Source of the DNA: Deltaproteobacteria bacterium
Lineage (GTDB): Bacteria > Myxococcota > JACRCW01
Direction of reading: 5' to 3'
Assembly (NCBI GenBank): GCA_016218805.1
Contig: JACRCW010000065.1
Span: 62,001-94,039 of the forward strand
Length of the DNA: 32,039 nucleotides
This document shows, piece after piece, positions 19,403 to 28,319 of this stretch (position 1 is its first letter; each line of letters starts with the position of its first letter). A model generated the notes under the pieces. That model had not been told where the DNA came from. It saw only the letters and a list, made by a program, of their open reading frames with translations, and did not search any database. Made by a program: the position numbers and the translations under genes.

Positions 19403-19436
19403 CGCGGGGCCCCTTGGTGGGCCCCGCGGTCGTTTT
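19403..19436 (+). terminator. Intrinsic terminator
   Basis: CGCGGGGCCC-CTTGGT-GGGCCCCGCG followed by GTCGTTTT, between convergent genes. Confidence 0.65.
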
Positions 19437-19443
19437 GGGCGGG

Positions 19444-20250
19444 TCAGCGGGCGTTGGCGCGGCGCCACTCGCTGGGGGAGGCGCGCACCAGGCGACGGAA
19501 CAGCGCGGAGAAGTGCTGCAGCGAGGCGCAGCCCACGTCCAGGGCGATGGCGGTCAGCGGGTCGCGCGTGGCGAGCATGCGGCGCTGGGCTTCGCGGATG
19601 CGGGCGGCGTTGAGCTCCGCCTGGAAGGTGGTGCCGGCCTCCTGCAGGCGCCGCTGCAGCGTGCGCTGGGACAGGCCCAGCAGGCGGGCCAGGGTGGCCG
19701 GGGTGGCGTCATCCAGGTGACCCCCCAGCGCGGCCTGTAAGGCCCCCACGGCGGGCGCCACGCCGGTCACCGCCGCGTGCAGCCCGTCCAACTCTTCGGC
19801 CAGGGTGGCCGCCCGCGGGGCCTCCAGCCATTCCAGCGCGGCCACCGCGTCTTCAAACACGCGGTGCGGGTAGGGCGGCTGCAGCACCTGGTAGAAGCCC
19901 GCCACCACGGCCCCCTCCATGCCCGCGGGACGCACCAGCGCCAGGCGCGTGACCATGCGCTGGAGGGCGTCATGGTGGCGGCGGACGTATTCGTCCAGGG
20001 CGGCAAAGGCGCCGGGGTCCGCGCGCCGGATGCGCCGCGTGTCCACCAGCGACACGTGCGGCACCGCGCCGGGTAGCAGCTCCACGGTGAGGAAATGGGC
20101 CAGGCGGCGCATGTCCGCTTCGGTGGGCCAGCCCCACAGCGTGAAGCCGTACAGCGTGGGGCTGGCGCAGAAGTAGAGGAACGTCTCGCCGGCGATCCAG
20201 CGGCCCAGCGGGGCTGAGACAAACGCGTCCTTGTCCGGTGCGGGCCGCAT
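19444..20250 (-). CDS. AraC-family transcriptional regulator
   Basis: LARLLGLSQRTLQRRL and LTAIALDVGCASLQHFSALFRR...SPSEWR double HTH; start at 20250 or 20262. Confidence 0.92.
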   Translation of the reverse strand: MRPAPDKDAFVSAPLGRWIAGETFLYFCASPTLYGFTLWGWPTEADMRRLAHFLTVELLPGAVPHVSLVDTRRIRRADPGAFAALDEYVRRHHDALQRMVTRLALVRPAGMEGAVVAGFYQVLQPPYPHRVFEDAVAALEWLEAPRAATLAEELDGLHAAVTGVAPAVGALQAALGGHLDDATPATLARLLGLSQRTLQRRLQEAGTTFQAELNAARIREAQRRMLATRDPLTAIALDVGCASLQHFSALFRRLVRASPSEWRRANAR

Positions 20251-20297
20251 GCGTCCCCCCATCCGGCGGTGAGCCTAGCGACGCGGGGGCGGCCGGC

Positions 20298-20900
20298 TCA
20301 ATCGCGCCCGCGCAGGTAGTCCCCGCCGCGGTCCACGCCGTCCAGCACCGTGAGCAGTTCCTTGAGGATCCACGCCGTCAGGCCCCAGATGGTGTGCCGG
20401 CCGCCTTCGAAGAACGGCACGCGCCGCGGGTTGCTCAGGTGGTCCTGCAACTCCTCCTCGTAGAAGCCGCCGGGGTGCTGCAGGGTGGCCAGCGGGACGG
20501 TGAACACGTCCGCGATTTCGTGCGGGCTGGGGCGCAGCTCCGGCAGCGCGGGCAGGTAGCCGACGACGGGGGTGACGCGCTGGCCGCTGATGGAGAAGGT
20601 GTCATCCGACAGGCCCAGCACGTCCACCGCGCCGGGCGGGATGCCCAGCTCCTCCTCGGTTTCGCGCAGGGCGGTCATGATGAGGTCCGTGTCCCCCTCA
20701 TCCGTGCCGCCGCCGGGGAAGGCGACTTGGCCCTTGTGGGTGGGCACCGTGTCCGTGCGCAGCGTGAACAGGACCTCCAGGCCCGCCGGGGTGCTGACCA
20801 GGGGGACCAGCACGGCGGCGGTGCGGCGGGAGGGCCGCAGCTCGCGGCGCGGGCGGCTGGCGAGCAGGTGGGCAAGACGGTCGAGCGGTTCGGGGCGCAT
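20298..20900 (-). CDS. NUDIX hydrolase, CoA pyrophosphatase (NudL-like)
   Basis: AAVLVPL, LFTLR...HKGQVAFPGG, TALRETEEELG, IWGLTA. Confidence 0.92.
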   Translation of the reverse strand: MRPEPLDRLAHLLASRPRRELRPSRRTAAVLVPLVSTPAGLEVLFTLRTDTVPTHKGQVAFPGGGTDEGDTDLIMTALRETEEELGIPPGAVDVLGLSDDTFSISGQRVTPVVGYLPALPELRPSPHEIADVFTVPLATLQHPGGFYEEELQDHLSNPRRVPFFEGGRHTIWGLTAWILKELLTVLDGVDRGGDYLRGRD

Positions 20901-21499
20901 CAGCGGCGGGGCGCCCCGTTGCGGCGCCAGCCCAGACGGGTGCGTTCGTGCTGGGAGCGGAGCAGCTTCATGCCCAGCACCTCATGGTAGCGGCCGTCAC
21001 ACCAGTGCCAGCCGTAGCGGCCCGTGAAGTGGAACCCCAGGCCCCGGTACATGCGGATGGCGGAGGTGTTGAAGTCAAACACCCCCAGCCGCACGGACTC
21101 CAGCCGCAGCGGGCCGTAGCACTGCTCCAGCAGCAGCAGCATGGCCTGCCGGCCGATGCCCTGGCCGCGCAGGCGGGGTTCGCCCACCTCAATGAAGCAC
21201 TCCGCCTCCGGGCGGCCGGTGTCATAGTCCTTGAGCCCGACGTTCCCGACGTGGGAGCCGTCGCGCAGGATGGCATAGGAGACGCGGCGGGAGTCATGCA
21301 GCAGTTGTTCAATGTAGCGCTCAGTGGCGTCCGGTCCAGCCACGCCGCCCACCGCGTACTCCGGGCCGGGCACCAGCACCGTGAAGCGGACCAGCTCCGG
21401 GTCCCCCATCCAGCGGCGGATGTTGTCCGTGTCGCCGGCGGCCAGGGGCCTCAGCGAGATCAACGGCGCCCGATTCCTCTCCACGGTCTGGGACGTCAT
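20900..21499 (-). CDS. GNAT N-acetyltransferase (RimJ/RimL-like)
   Basis: LRGQGIGRQA acetyl-CoA motif; VFDFNTSAIRMYRGLGF. Confidence 0.9.
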   Translation of the reverse strand: MTSQTVERNRAPLISLRPLAAGDTDNIRRWMGDPELVRFTVLVPGPEYAVGGVAGPDATERYIEQLLHDSRRVSYAILRDGSHVGNVGLKDYDTGRPEAECFIEVGEPRLRGQGIGRQAMLLLLEQCYGPLRLESVRLGVFDFNTSAIRMYRGLGFHFTGRYGWHWCDGRYHEVLGMKLLRSQHERTRLGWRRNGAPRR

Positions 21500-21542
21500 G
21501 GAAGTGGTCCGAGGCTAATACACGCCCGCGTGGGCCGCACCG

Positions 21543-22046
21543 TCAGCTGACCAGACCGATGACGTGGGGGAGCACCGGCAGCAGGATCCGCTCCACGCCC
21601 AGGCGGCAGGCGGCGGTGGAGCCCGGCAGCGCGGCGATGAACGCGTTGCCGCGCACGCCGGCCACCGCGCGGGACAGGATGCAGGAAGCGCCGATCTCAT
21701 CAAACGACAGGGCGCGGAACAGCTCCCCGAAGCCGGGGAGCGGCTTCTCCAGCAGCGGGATGAGCGCCTCCGGGGTGACGTCCCGCGGGGTGATGCCGGT
21801 GCCGCCGTTGAGGATGACGGCGCGCGCGCCGGCTTGCAGTGCCTCCAGCACGGCCACGCGGATGAGGTTGGCCTGGTCCCGGACAATGACGGGGCCGGTG
21901 ACGGTGTGGCCGGCCGCGGCCAGGCGCTCCACCAGCAGGGCGCCGCTGCGGTCATCCGCGGCGGTGCGCGTGTCACTGACGGTGATGACGTGGCAGCGGA
22001 TGGGGCCGGGGGCATCAGAGCGCTTGTGCGCGGGGTCGGCGGTCAT
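21543..22046 (-). CDS. moaB: MogA/MoaB-family molybdopterin adenylyltransferase
   Basis: VITVSDTR...DDRSG, NGGTGITPRDVTPEA, LPGFGELFR, SRAVAG, LPGS; ATGA overlap with the upstream gene. Confidence 0.85.
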   Translation of the reverse strand: MTADPAHKRSDAPGPIRCHVITVSDTRTAADDRSGALLVERLAAAGHTVTGPVIVRDQANLIRVAVLEALQAGARAVILNGGTGITPRDVTPEALIPLLEKPLPGFGELFRALSFDEIGASCILSRAVAGVRGNAFIAALPGSTAACRLGVERILLPVLPHVIGLVS

Positions 22047-22594
22047 GCGGCCGTCTCCTGGAGGAGGCGGTGCAGCTCCTCGGCGTGGGTGGGGAGGAGC
22101 CACTCGTGCAGGAGGGTCTCCGTGGTGGTGACGGCCACGCCGGCCTGGCGGCACAGGTGCAAGGCCGCGTCATGGTCAGCCGGGCGGCGGGATGCGCAGG
22201 CGTCATGCGGGACCAGCGTGATGAACCCGTCCTGGTGGATTTCCCGCGCTGCCAGGAACACCCCCACGTGGGACTCCGCGCCGGCAACCACCACGCGCCG
22301 GCGGCGGCTGGCCTCCAGGTGGGCAAGCACGCCGTGGCTGACGCCTGGCCCGTCGTTCGCGTCCGAGAAGGTGGCGGCCGCGGCGCGGCAGGCGTCATCC
22401 AAGGTGCGCGGGAGGACTCCCAGGGCGGCTGCGTGGACCACGGCGACGGGTACGCCCGCGCGTGTGGCGGCCAGCACCAGCTGGCGCGCGCGCTGGGTGA
22501 CCTGGGTGCCGGCGCTGCCCAGGCGGGCCAGCAGGCGGTCCTGGAGCCCCAGCAGCAGCAGCAGCGTGTCCCGGGGGTCGGCGGCGCAGTCCAC
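22043..22594 (-). CDS. Isochorismatase-like protein (catalytic residues appear lost)
   Basis: LLLLGLQDRL, VVVAGAESHVGV, DACASR, TTTETLLHEWL match the YcaC-related isochorismatase pattern. Confidence 0.75.
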   Translation of the reverse strand: MDCAADPRDTLLLLLGLQDRLLARLGSAGTQVTQRARQLVLAATRAGVPVAVVHAAALGVLPRTLDDACRAAAATFSDANDGPGVSHGVLAHLEASRRRRVVVAGAESHVGVFLAAREIHQDGFITLVPHDACASRRPADHDAALHLCRQAGVAVTTTETLLHEWLLPTHAEELHRLLQETAA

Positions 22595-22616
22595 GACGCA
22601 GGGCGCCCCGGCGGGC

Positions 22617-23717
22617 TCAGCCGATCACGTGGGTGTTCGGGTCAATCTTGGGGTCCGGGCCGCCGCCTTCAAACGTCACTTTGACGTCCGGGGCGATCTT
22701 GAAGCCCCACGCCTTGAGCAGCGGCACCGGGTCCAAGAACTTGGCGTCCCCGTCCTGCGCCAGCTTCTGGATGCGGCCGGAGATGCCAATGGAGGTGACC
22801 ACGCCGCCGCGGACTTCAATGTGCCCGTTGGCCAGCATGCGCTGGCCGCGCGCCAGGGAGGGGTTGGTGAGGATGAGGCCGGGTTCGCCGGGGTTGCGGC
22901 GGGCGGCGGGCAGGCAGTGCAGCGAACCATCCGCGAGGATGGCGTAGTTGTTGGCCCACTTCTGGTTGTTGGTGCCGCGCGCGTACTGGTCGGGGTGCGT
23001 GGCCTCGTCATAGTGGGCCATGATGTCTCCGGTGCCCTTGCCGGTGACCTTCTCGTATTCAGCGACTTGGAAGGTATGCGTCTCACCGGTGCGCATGTCC
23101 CGCTGGGTCTCGCTCTTGTAGCCCTTGATGCGGGTGTACGTGGTGGACTTCTCCATGTCGTCCTGGAGCTTCTGCGGCGTGACCTCCGTGTAGTCAAACG
23201 CCATGTTGCCGCCCGGGGCGATCTCCTGCGGGTACGGCGTCCACTTGCCGGTGATCGTGAAGCCCTCGCCGTGGTCGTCCTTGGCGGGGTTGCCCAGCTC
23301 CGCCACGTCATAGGCCACCGCGCCGGCGGCCAGTGCCGTGTTGATGAGCTTCTTGACGTCGTCCGGGATGGGCGTGCCGCCCAGCGTCCGGGTGGCCTTG
23401 GTGGGGTCCAGGCGCGCCTGCTCCTGCGCGGCCAGCGCGGGCTGGCGGCGGGCCACCATGGCGTTCTGCTGCTCAGCCTGGCGGCGCAGCGAGGCGATGT
23501 CCCGCAGGTTGGTGGCGAGGAATTGCCTGGCCTCGGCGGTGACGGTGAAGCCGCTGCCTTGGGAGGCGGCCTTGAGGTCCTTCTCTTCGCGCGCGCTGAC
23601 GGTGGAGCCCGCCGCGCCCAGGAGCTTCTCCGCGTCCGTCTTGTCCAGCGTGCCGTCCTGCGTGACTGACCGCAGGGTGTTCTGGATGTTGCCGCCGCCC
23701 GACCGCCCGACCGACAT
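22617..23717 (-). CDS. Hypothetical protein
   Basis: 366 aa, strong GC3 bias, GGAGG RBS, no signal peptide; no family recognised with confidence. Confidence 0.85.
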   Translation of the reverse strand: MSVGRSGGGNIQNTLRSVTQDGTLDKTDAEKLLGAAGSTVSAREEKDLKAASQGSGFTVTAEARQFLATNLRDIASLRRQAEQQNAMVARRQPALAAQEQARLDPTKATRTLGGTPIPDDVKKLINTALAAGAVAYDVAELGNPAKDDHGEGFTITGKWTPYPQEIAPGGNMAFDYTEVTPQKLQDDMEKSTTYTRIKGYKSETQRDMRTGETHTFQVAEYEKVTGKGTGDIMAHYDEATHPDQYARGTNNQKWANNYAILADGSLHCLPAARRNPGEPGLILTNPSLARGQRMLANGHIEVRGGVVTSIGISGRIQKLAQDGDAKFLDPVPLLKAWGFKIAPDVKVTFEGGGPDPKIDPNTHVIG

Positions 23718-23835
23718 TGTCCGCCTCCCGGGTTGAAAACCGTGACGGCGTAGCAGGCCACGCAGCGGTTGTCACCGACGAAGGCGGCGGCGGCGGCGGG
23801 TGTGGCGCGCCGGGACGCCTGTTATCCCGCCCGCC

Positions 23836-24741
23836 ATGCGACCCGTGCTTCTCCTGGCCCTGCTGTCCGCGCTGGCCTGCGCCACCCCCCGTGCCGATGG
23901 GCCGGCGCCGCCCGCCCGGCTGCAGCTCGCCACGGCACGAGCCAAGCTGGCGCGCCTGTCCAGCCACCGCGCGCAGCTGTGGGTGGTGGTCCACGTGCGC
24001 GCGCACAAGACGCTGCGCGCCGACGGTACGGTGGATGAACCGCGGCTCATTGAGACGGCGGTCCGCAACGCGCGCGCGGTGGTGGAGGGCGGCGGTGACA
24101 TGGTCATCCTCATCAACAGCCGCTGTGAGATGCCATTGTACGAGCGCGTGCTTGCCGCGGTGCGCGCAGCGTTCCCGCAGTTTCCACTTGGAATCAGTGC
24201 GCTCAGCTACGGGCCGCAGAACCTCACGGAGGGATTCCGCCTGGCGGAGGGCTTCCACGCGGACCTGGTGTGGACGGAGGTGGTGCCGGGGCAGGGCTTT
24301 GAATGGGAGGATGACGATGGGAGCTACAAGCCGGGTGCGGTGACACCCGTGGAACTGGCGCTGGGCACGCAGGCGCGGGTGCGCCCGGCGGCGCTGCACG
24401 TGAGCGGCGTGCACATGAAGTACACGCGCCCGACGGACGGGCGCAGCTTTGACACGGCGCTGCGGGACGCACTGGGCACCGTGGACGGGATCAACATCAC
24501 GGGGGCGGCCACCGGGGTGCTGGCGGACGTGGAGCGGGTGCGGCGCGCGCGGGAGCTGGCCGGCGCATGGCCCATGGGGCTGGCCAGCGGCGTGAGCACG
24601 GAGAACATCGCGTCGGTGCTGCCGTACATCGACTACGCGATCGTGGGGACATCGCTGAAGGAGCCGGGTGACCCGCTGCTCACGTCCGCCGAGCGCGTGC
24701 GCGCGCTGCGTGCGGCGATGAACGCACGCGACGCGCAGTGA
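23836..24741 (+). CDS. BtpA/SgcQ-family TIM-barrel protein with lipoprotein-like signal
   Basis: AVVEGGGDMVILIN, PLGISAL, VHMKY, DGINITGAATG, LASGVSTENI, AIVGTSLK; N-terminus MRPVLLLALLSALA-C. Confidence 0.8.
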   Translation: MRPVLLLALLSALACATPRADGPAPPARLQLATARAKLARLSSHRAQLWVVVHVRAHKTLRADGTVDEPRLIETAVRNARAVVEGGGDMVILINSRCEMPLYERVLAAVRAAFPQFPLGISALSYGPQNLTEGFRLAEGFHADLVWTEVVPGQGFEWEDDDGSYKPGAVTPVELALGTQARVRPAALHVSGVHMKYTRPTDGRSFDTALRDALGTVDGINITGAATGVLADVERVRRARELAGAWPMGLASGVSTENIASVLPYIDYAIVGTSLKEPGDPLLTSAERVRALRAAMNARDAQ

Positions 24742-24759
24742 GACGGGCGCCCGCCCTGG

Positions 24760-25989
24760 TCAGGTGCGCAGTTCCCGCGGTGCCCGCTTGCGCGGCGGCC
24801 GCGGCAGCGCGCTACCCGGGGCGGCCAGCGCATGCGCCATGGCGGTGAGCAGGTGCAGGCGCGCTTCGCCGCGGCCGCGGGTGACCGGGGGGACGGGCGG
24901 CAACCCCAACGGCGCGGCCACCGTCTCCGGTGGGCCCACCTTCTTCTGCAGCCGCTCCGCTGCGTGCCGGTGCAGGTCCACAACGTCAACCGGGACCGGC
25001 GCGCCGAGCGTCCGCAGCAGGTTGGGCGTGAAGGTCCCCCACGCGGCCCAACGGTCCAAGGGCCGGACAAACGCGTGCCACGCCGCCAGGAACTCCGCGG
25101 GGGAGCGCCGGCCGCGCAGCACGCTTTCATCCACGCGCAGCTGCTCCAGCGCACCGGGGGCCAGCGGCACGCCCGCGTCCACCCACGCGTGGAAGCGTTC
25201 GCCCGTTCCCGGGCGCCACGCCTCCCACTGCAGGAGCGCAGCATGGTGCGGGCCGGCGGACGGGCGCGTGGAGTAGCCGTTGCCCTCCCCGTGGACGACC
25301 AGCAGGTGCGGCAGCGCGGCGGCCAGCTCGGGGACGGCGGGGCGCAGGCGCGGCACCCGCGGCGTGGTCCGCCCCAGGTGACGGGGATGCGGGGAGCGCG
25401 CGTGCTCCAGCTGTTTCTCCACCATGGCATCAAACGGGCGCAGCAGCGCCGGCCAGTCCTGGCCATCCCGCTCCACCACGGCGAGCAGCGCCGCGACCGC
25501 CTCAATGGTGGACAGGCAGTGCGCCGCGGGCTCCCGGCGGATGCGGTAGCGGCCGGGCTCCGCGGGGTCCAGCCGGTAGGCGGGCAGCGCGTGCAGCGCC
25601 GGGTTCATCCGCCACAGCTTGCGCGCCTGCCACCACGTCCCGTCCAGAATCACGATGTTCAGGTCCTCTTCCACCGCGGAGAGCTCGCGCGCGTCACGCG
25701 CGTCACGGCCGGGGTAGAGCACCACCGTGCGGCGCCCCGGCTGCGCCAGGAACTCACGCACCACCGGGTCCGCGGCAAACTCCACGTCGGCACGGAGCAG
25801 GGAACCCTGCAGCGCCAGGTGCGCCATCCGCGCGGTGCCAATGGGATTGCGCGCCTCGCGCGGGTGCTGGAGGAACAGCAGGCGTGACCGCGTCCGCAGC
25901 GGGGGAATAACGCTGCACACGCACGCGCTGGCGGCGCGGCGGCAGCGCAGGCACAGCGCGCGGTAGGTGGGCGGGTGCGGGGCCAACAT
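24760..25989 (-). CDS. DTW-domain tRNA-uridine aminocarboxypropyltransferase (TapT/YfiP-like) with C-terminal extra domain
   Basis: CLRCRR...CVC, LQHPRE, ILDGTWWQARKL, YRIRR, LSTIEAVA. Confidence 0.88.
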   Translation of the reverse strand: MLAPHPPTYRALCLRCRRAASACVCSVIPPLRTRSRLLFLQHPREARNPIGTARMAHLALQGSLLRADVEFAADPVVREFLAQPGRRTVVLYPGRDARDARELSAVEEDLNIVILDGTWWQARKLWRMNPALHALPAYRLDPAEPGRYRIRREPAAHCLSTIEAVAALLAVVERDGQDWPALLRPFDAMVEKQLEHARSPHPRHLGRTTPRVPRLRPAVPELAAALPHLLVVHGEGNGYSTRPSAGPHHAALLQWEAWRPGTGERFHAWVDAGVPLAPGALEQLRVDESVLRGRRSPAEFLAAWHAFVRPLDRWAAWGTFTPNLLRTLGAPVPVDVVDLHRHAAERLQKKVGPPETVAAPLGLPPVPPVTRGRGEARLHLLTAMAHALAAPGSALPRPPRKRAPRELRT

Positions 25990-26081
25990 GCTGCGGGGTG
26001 GTGTGCGGCAGCGTTGGCCATGGGTCAAGCCCGCCCGCGAGGGGTTGCATCCGCGTGCGGGCGTTTGGTCCAATGCGTCCC

Positions 26082-26720
26082 ATGCGCACGCTCGCCGCCC
26101 TGCTCGTCGTGATCGCCGCTGCATCCGCCACTGCACAACCGCTGGAGCGCCGCCAGCCGCCCACCCAGGTGCGGGACATCTTCCCCGCGCCGGAGACCGC
26201 GCCGGAGATCCGCACCGCCATGAAAGCCGCCATGGAGGTGAAAGGCTGGGGCGCCCTGCCGACGACGCCAGCGGACCTGATGAAGGAACTGGGCGTCAAG
26301 CTGGAACTCTGCCGCCACGTCACGGAGTTCAGCCGCGGCAACTACGCGTACACGGTGACCTGCTTCCAGACGGGCGCCGCGGACGGGAACATGTACGTGG
26401 GCGAGGACGACGACTACCGGCAGTACTTTGACAAGAAGTGGAACGGGAAGCGCGCCGCCCTGCGCGCGCTGGCCACCTCAGGGAGTTCGGTTGTGGTGGA
26501 GCAGTTCCACACCGCGCTGGTGAAGGACGACGAGGCGTACATCTGGTTCCTCTACTACACCAAGGACGGCTGCAAGCACCCGCGGTACTGGCGCCTGGTG
26601 CGCGTCACCAAGAAGGGTGACCTCACCTGGGTGGGTGACGACATGCAGGAGGCCGGCGGCGAGCCCGCCGACGTCAAGGGGAAGTGCATCAACGTGGAGA
26701 AGAAGGGCCGCAGGCTGTGA
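26082..26720 (+). CDS. Secreted hypothetical protein
   Basis: Signal peptide MRTLAALLVVIAAASATA; four Cys; GC3-rich codons; alternative start 26073. Confidence 0.8.
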   Translation: MRTLAALLVVIAAASATAQPLERRQPPTQVRDIFPAPETAPEIRTAMKAAMEVKGWGALPTTPADLMKELGVKLELCRHVTEFSRGNYAYTVTCFQTGAADGNMYVGEDDDYRQYFDKKWNGKRAALRALATSGSSVVVEQFHTALVKDDEAYIWFLYYTKDGCKHPRYWRLVRVTKKGDLTWVGDDMQEAGGEPADVKGKCINVEKKGRRL

Positions 26721-26741
26721 TGCAACTGCCCCGCGCGTGAA

Positions 26742-27473
26742 TCAGCGGTGCCGGCGGTGCGTGGGCAGGGACAGCGCGGGCAGGGCCGCGGCGAGCACCG
26801 CCACCACCCCCGCGGCGATGTACAGCGCCAACGCCTGCCAGCGGTAACGGCCCACCAGTTCATTCTCCGGCAGGTCCGACACGATGAACAGGTCCGTTCC
26901 CTTTTCCATCTTCAGCCCGCTGGCGCGCGTGCCCTGCACCGTCCCCAGCGCGTACAGCGCGTCCCCCTCCTCCAGCACGGTCTCCGTGTAACGCATGTGC
27001 TTGTTGAAGATGAGCCCCTGGGTGGAACGCCCGTAGCGCTCCAGCATGGTCTGCTCCAGCTCCGGCGGCGCGTCCTGGAACAGCCCGGTGCGCATGCGCG
27101 AATCCGGCCGCAGCACCAGCTCCGCCTCCTTGAGCTTCACGCGGACCTCCGCCGTACCGTCGGAGAGCACGCACGGGACTTGTCCGCGATCCTTGACCAC
27201 CGTGCGCCACCGCGACTTGTTCCCGTGGTGCCGGTGCTCCTCCACCTTGAACTCGTAATACACGCACCGCGTACCGGACAGCGGGCTCACCAGCATCTGC
27301 GTGCCCTCGGCGGCGGCCACGCGGCCCTTCACCTCGCGGAAGCCCGGGCGCAGCTCGCTGAGGGACGTGGTGGGCGTGGCCAGGATGCGCCGCAGCCGCG
27401 CGCCGCGCGTGAACCCCACCGCGGCAAGCCCCCCGGCCACGGCCAGGCCTACCAGCGTGAACAGTGCCTGCAC
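26742..27473 (-). CDS. GIDE-domain membrane protein
   Basis: N- and C-terminal TM segments; TPT...EVKG...SPLSGTRCVYY...RYTETVLEEGDALYALG...FIVSD. Confidence 0.8.
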   Translation of the reverse strand: MQALFTLVGLAVAGGLAAVGFTRGARLRRILATPTTSLSELRPGFREVKGRVAAAEGTQMLVSPLSGTRCVYYEFKVEEHRHHGNKSRWRTVVKDRGQVPCVLSDGTAEVRVKLKEAELVLRPDSRMRTGLFQDAPPELEQTMLERYGRSTQGLIFNKHMRYTETVLEEGDALYALGTVQGTRASGLKMEKGTDLFIVSDLPENELVGRYRWQALALYIAAGVVAVLAAALPALSLPTHRRHR

Positions 27474-27489
27474 GGCGGGCCTCCCGGGG

Positions 27490-28236
27490 TCAGGCGGGGC
27501 GTTCGGGGATGGTGACGTTCAGCTCAGACGGGCCGGGCGTGATGATGGTGGCCTCCTCCTCCCGGGTGGAAGGCCGCGGCCAGATGAACGCGAACTCCGG
27601 CGCCCGCCGCCCCCACACCTCCAGCGCCCGGGTGAGGTCCGCGCCGTCCTTCACGCGGAACGCGTCCCGGTCCCCTTCCACGCGGGCCAGCGTCACGCCC
27701 GCTTCCAGCGCCGCGGCCGCCAGCCCGGCGGTGCCGGCGCGCTCCACCACCTTCTGCAGCGACGTGCGGGTGAACGCCATGGGCGGCTGCGCCAGGCACA
27801 GCGGGCCGGCCTGGGGCGTGCGCAGCTCCTCACCATCCACAAAGATCTCGCCGCGCAGCGGGAGCACCGGGCAGGCCGCGCCGGACACGCGCGCGGCGTT
27901 GAGCACGCGCAGCACCATGGCGGTGGGGCACAGCGCCACCAGCGCGTCATGCACCAGCACCGCGTCCACGTCCGCCGGCAGGCGCGCCAACGCCGCCGCC
28001 AGCGCCTCGGCCGCGTGGAGCGAGCTGGGCAGCACGTCGATCAACTCGCTGAGCCCGAAGCGGTCCGCTTCCTTGCGCAGCAGTTCATGCACGGGGAGCG
28101 GGGCCACCATCACGGCGTGGACTTCCTGGCGCGGCAGCAGCGTGGCGGCCAGCGCGCGGATGCCCACCGGGGCACCCAGCATGGGGCGCGCGACCGCGTC
28201 CGCGTCATCCGCCAACAGGATGGAACCGACCGCCAT
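27490..28236 (-). CDS. IspD/TarI-like cytidylyltransferase-fold protein, degenerate
   Basis: AVLVHDA, LAQPPMAF (cf. QTPQxF), VEGDRDAFRVKDGADL (cf. NxKITxxxDL); lacks the N-terminal AAGxGxR motif. Confidence 0.6.
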   Translation of the reverse strand: MAVGSILLADDADAVARPMLGAPVGIRALAATLLPRQEVHAVMVAPLPVHELLRKEADRFGLSELIDVLPSSLHAAEALAAALARLPADVDAVLVHDALVALCPTAMVLRVLNAARVSGAACPVLPLRGEIFVDGEELRTPQAGPLCLAQPPMAFTRTSLQKVVERAGTAGLAAAALEAGVTLARVEGDRDAFRVKDGADLTRALEVWGRRAPEFAFIWPRPSTREEEATIITPGPSELNVTIPERPA

Positions 28237-28319
28237 GGCGCACCTCCCCCGGGAAAGGCCGGGACGGGGGGGACTGTAGCCACGAGGCTCGGGGAGGGGG
28301 CAAGACGCCCCCGGGTGGT

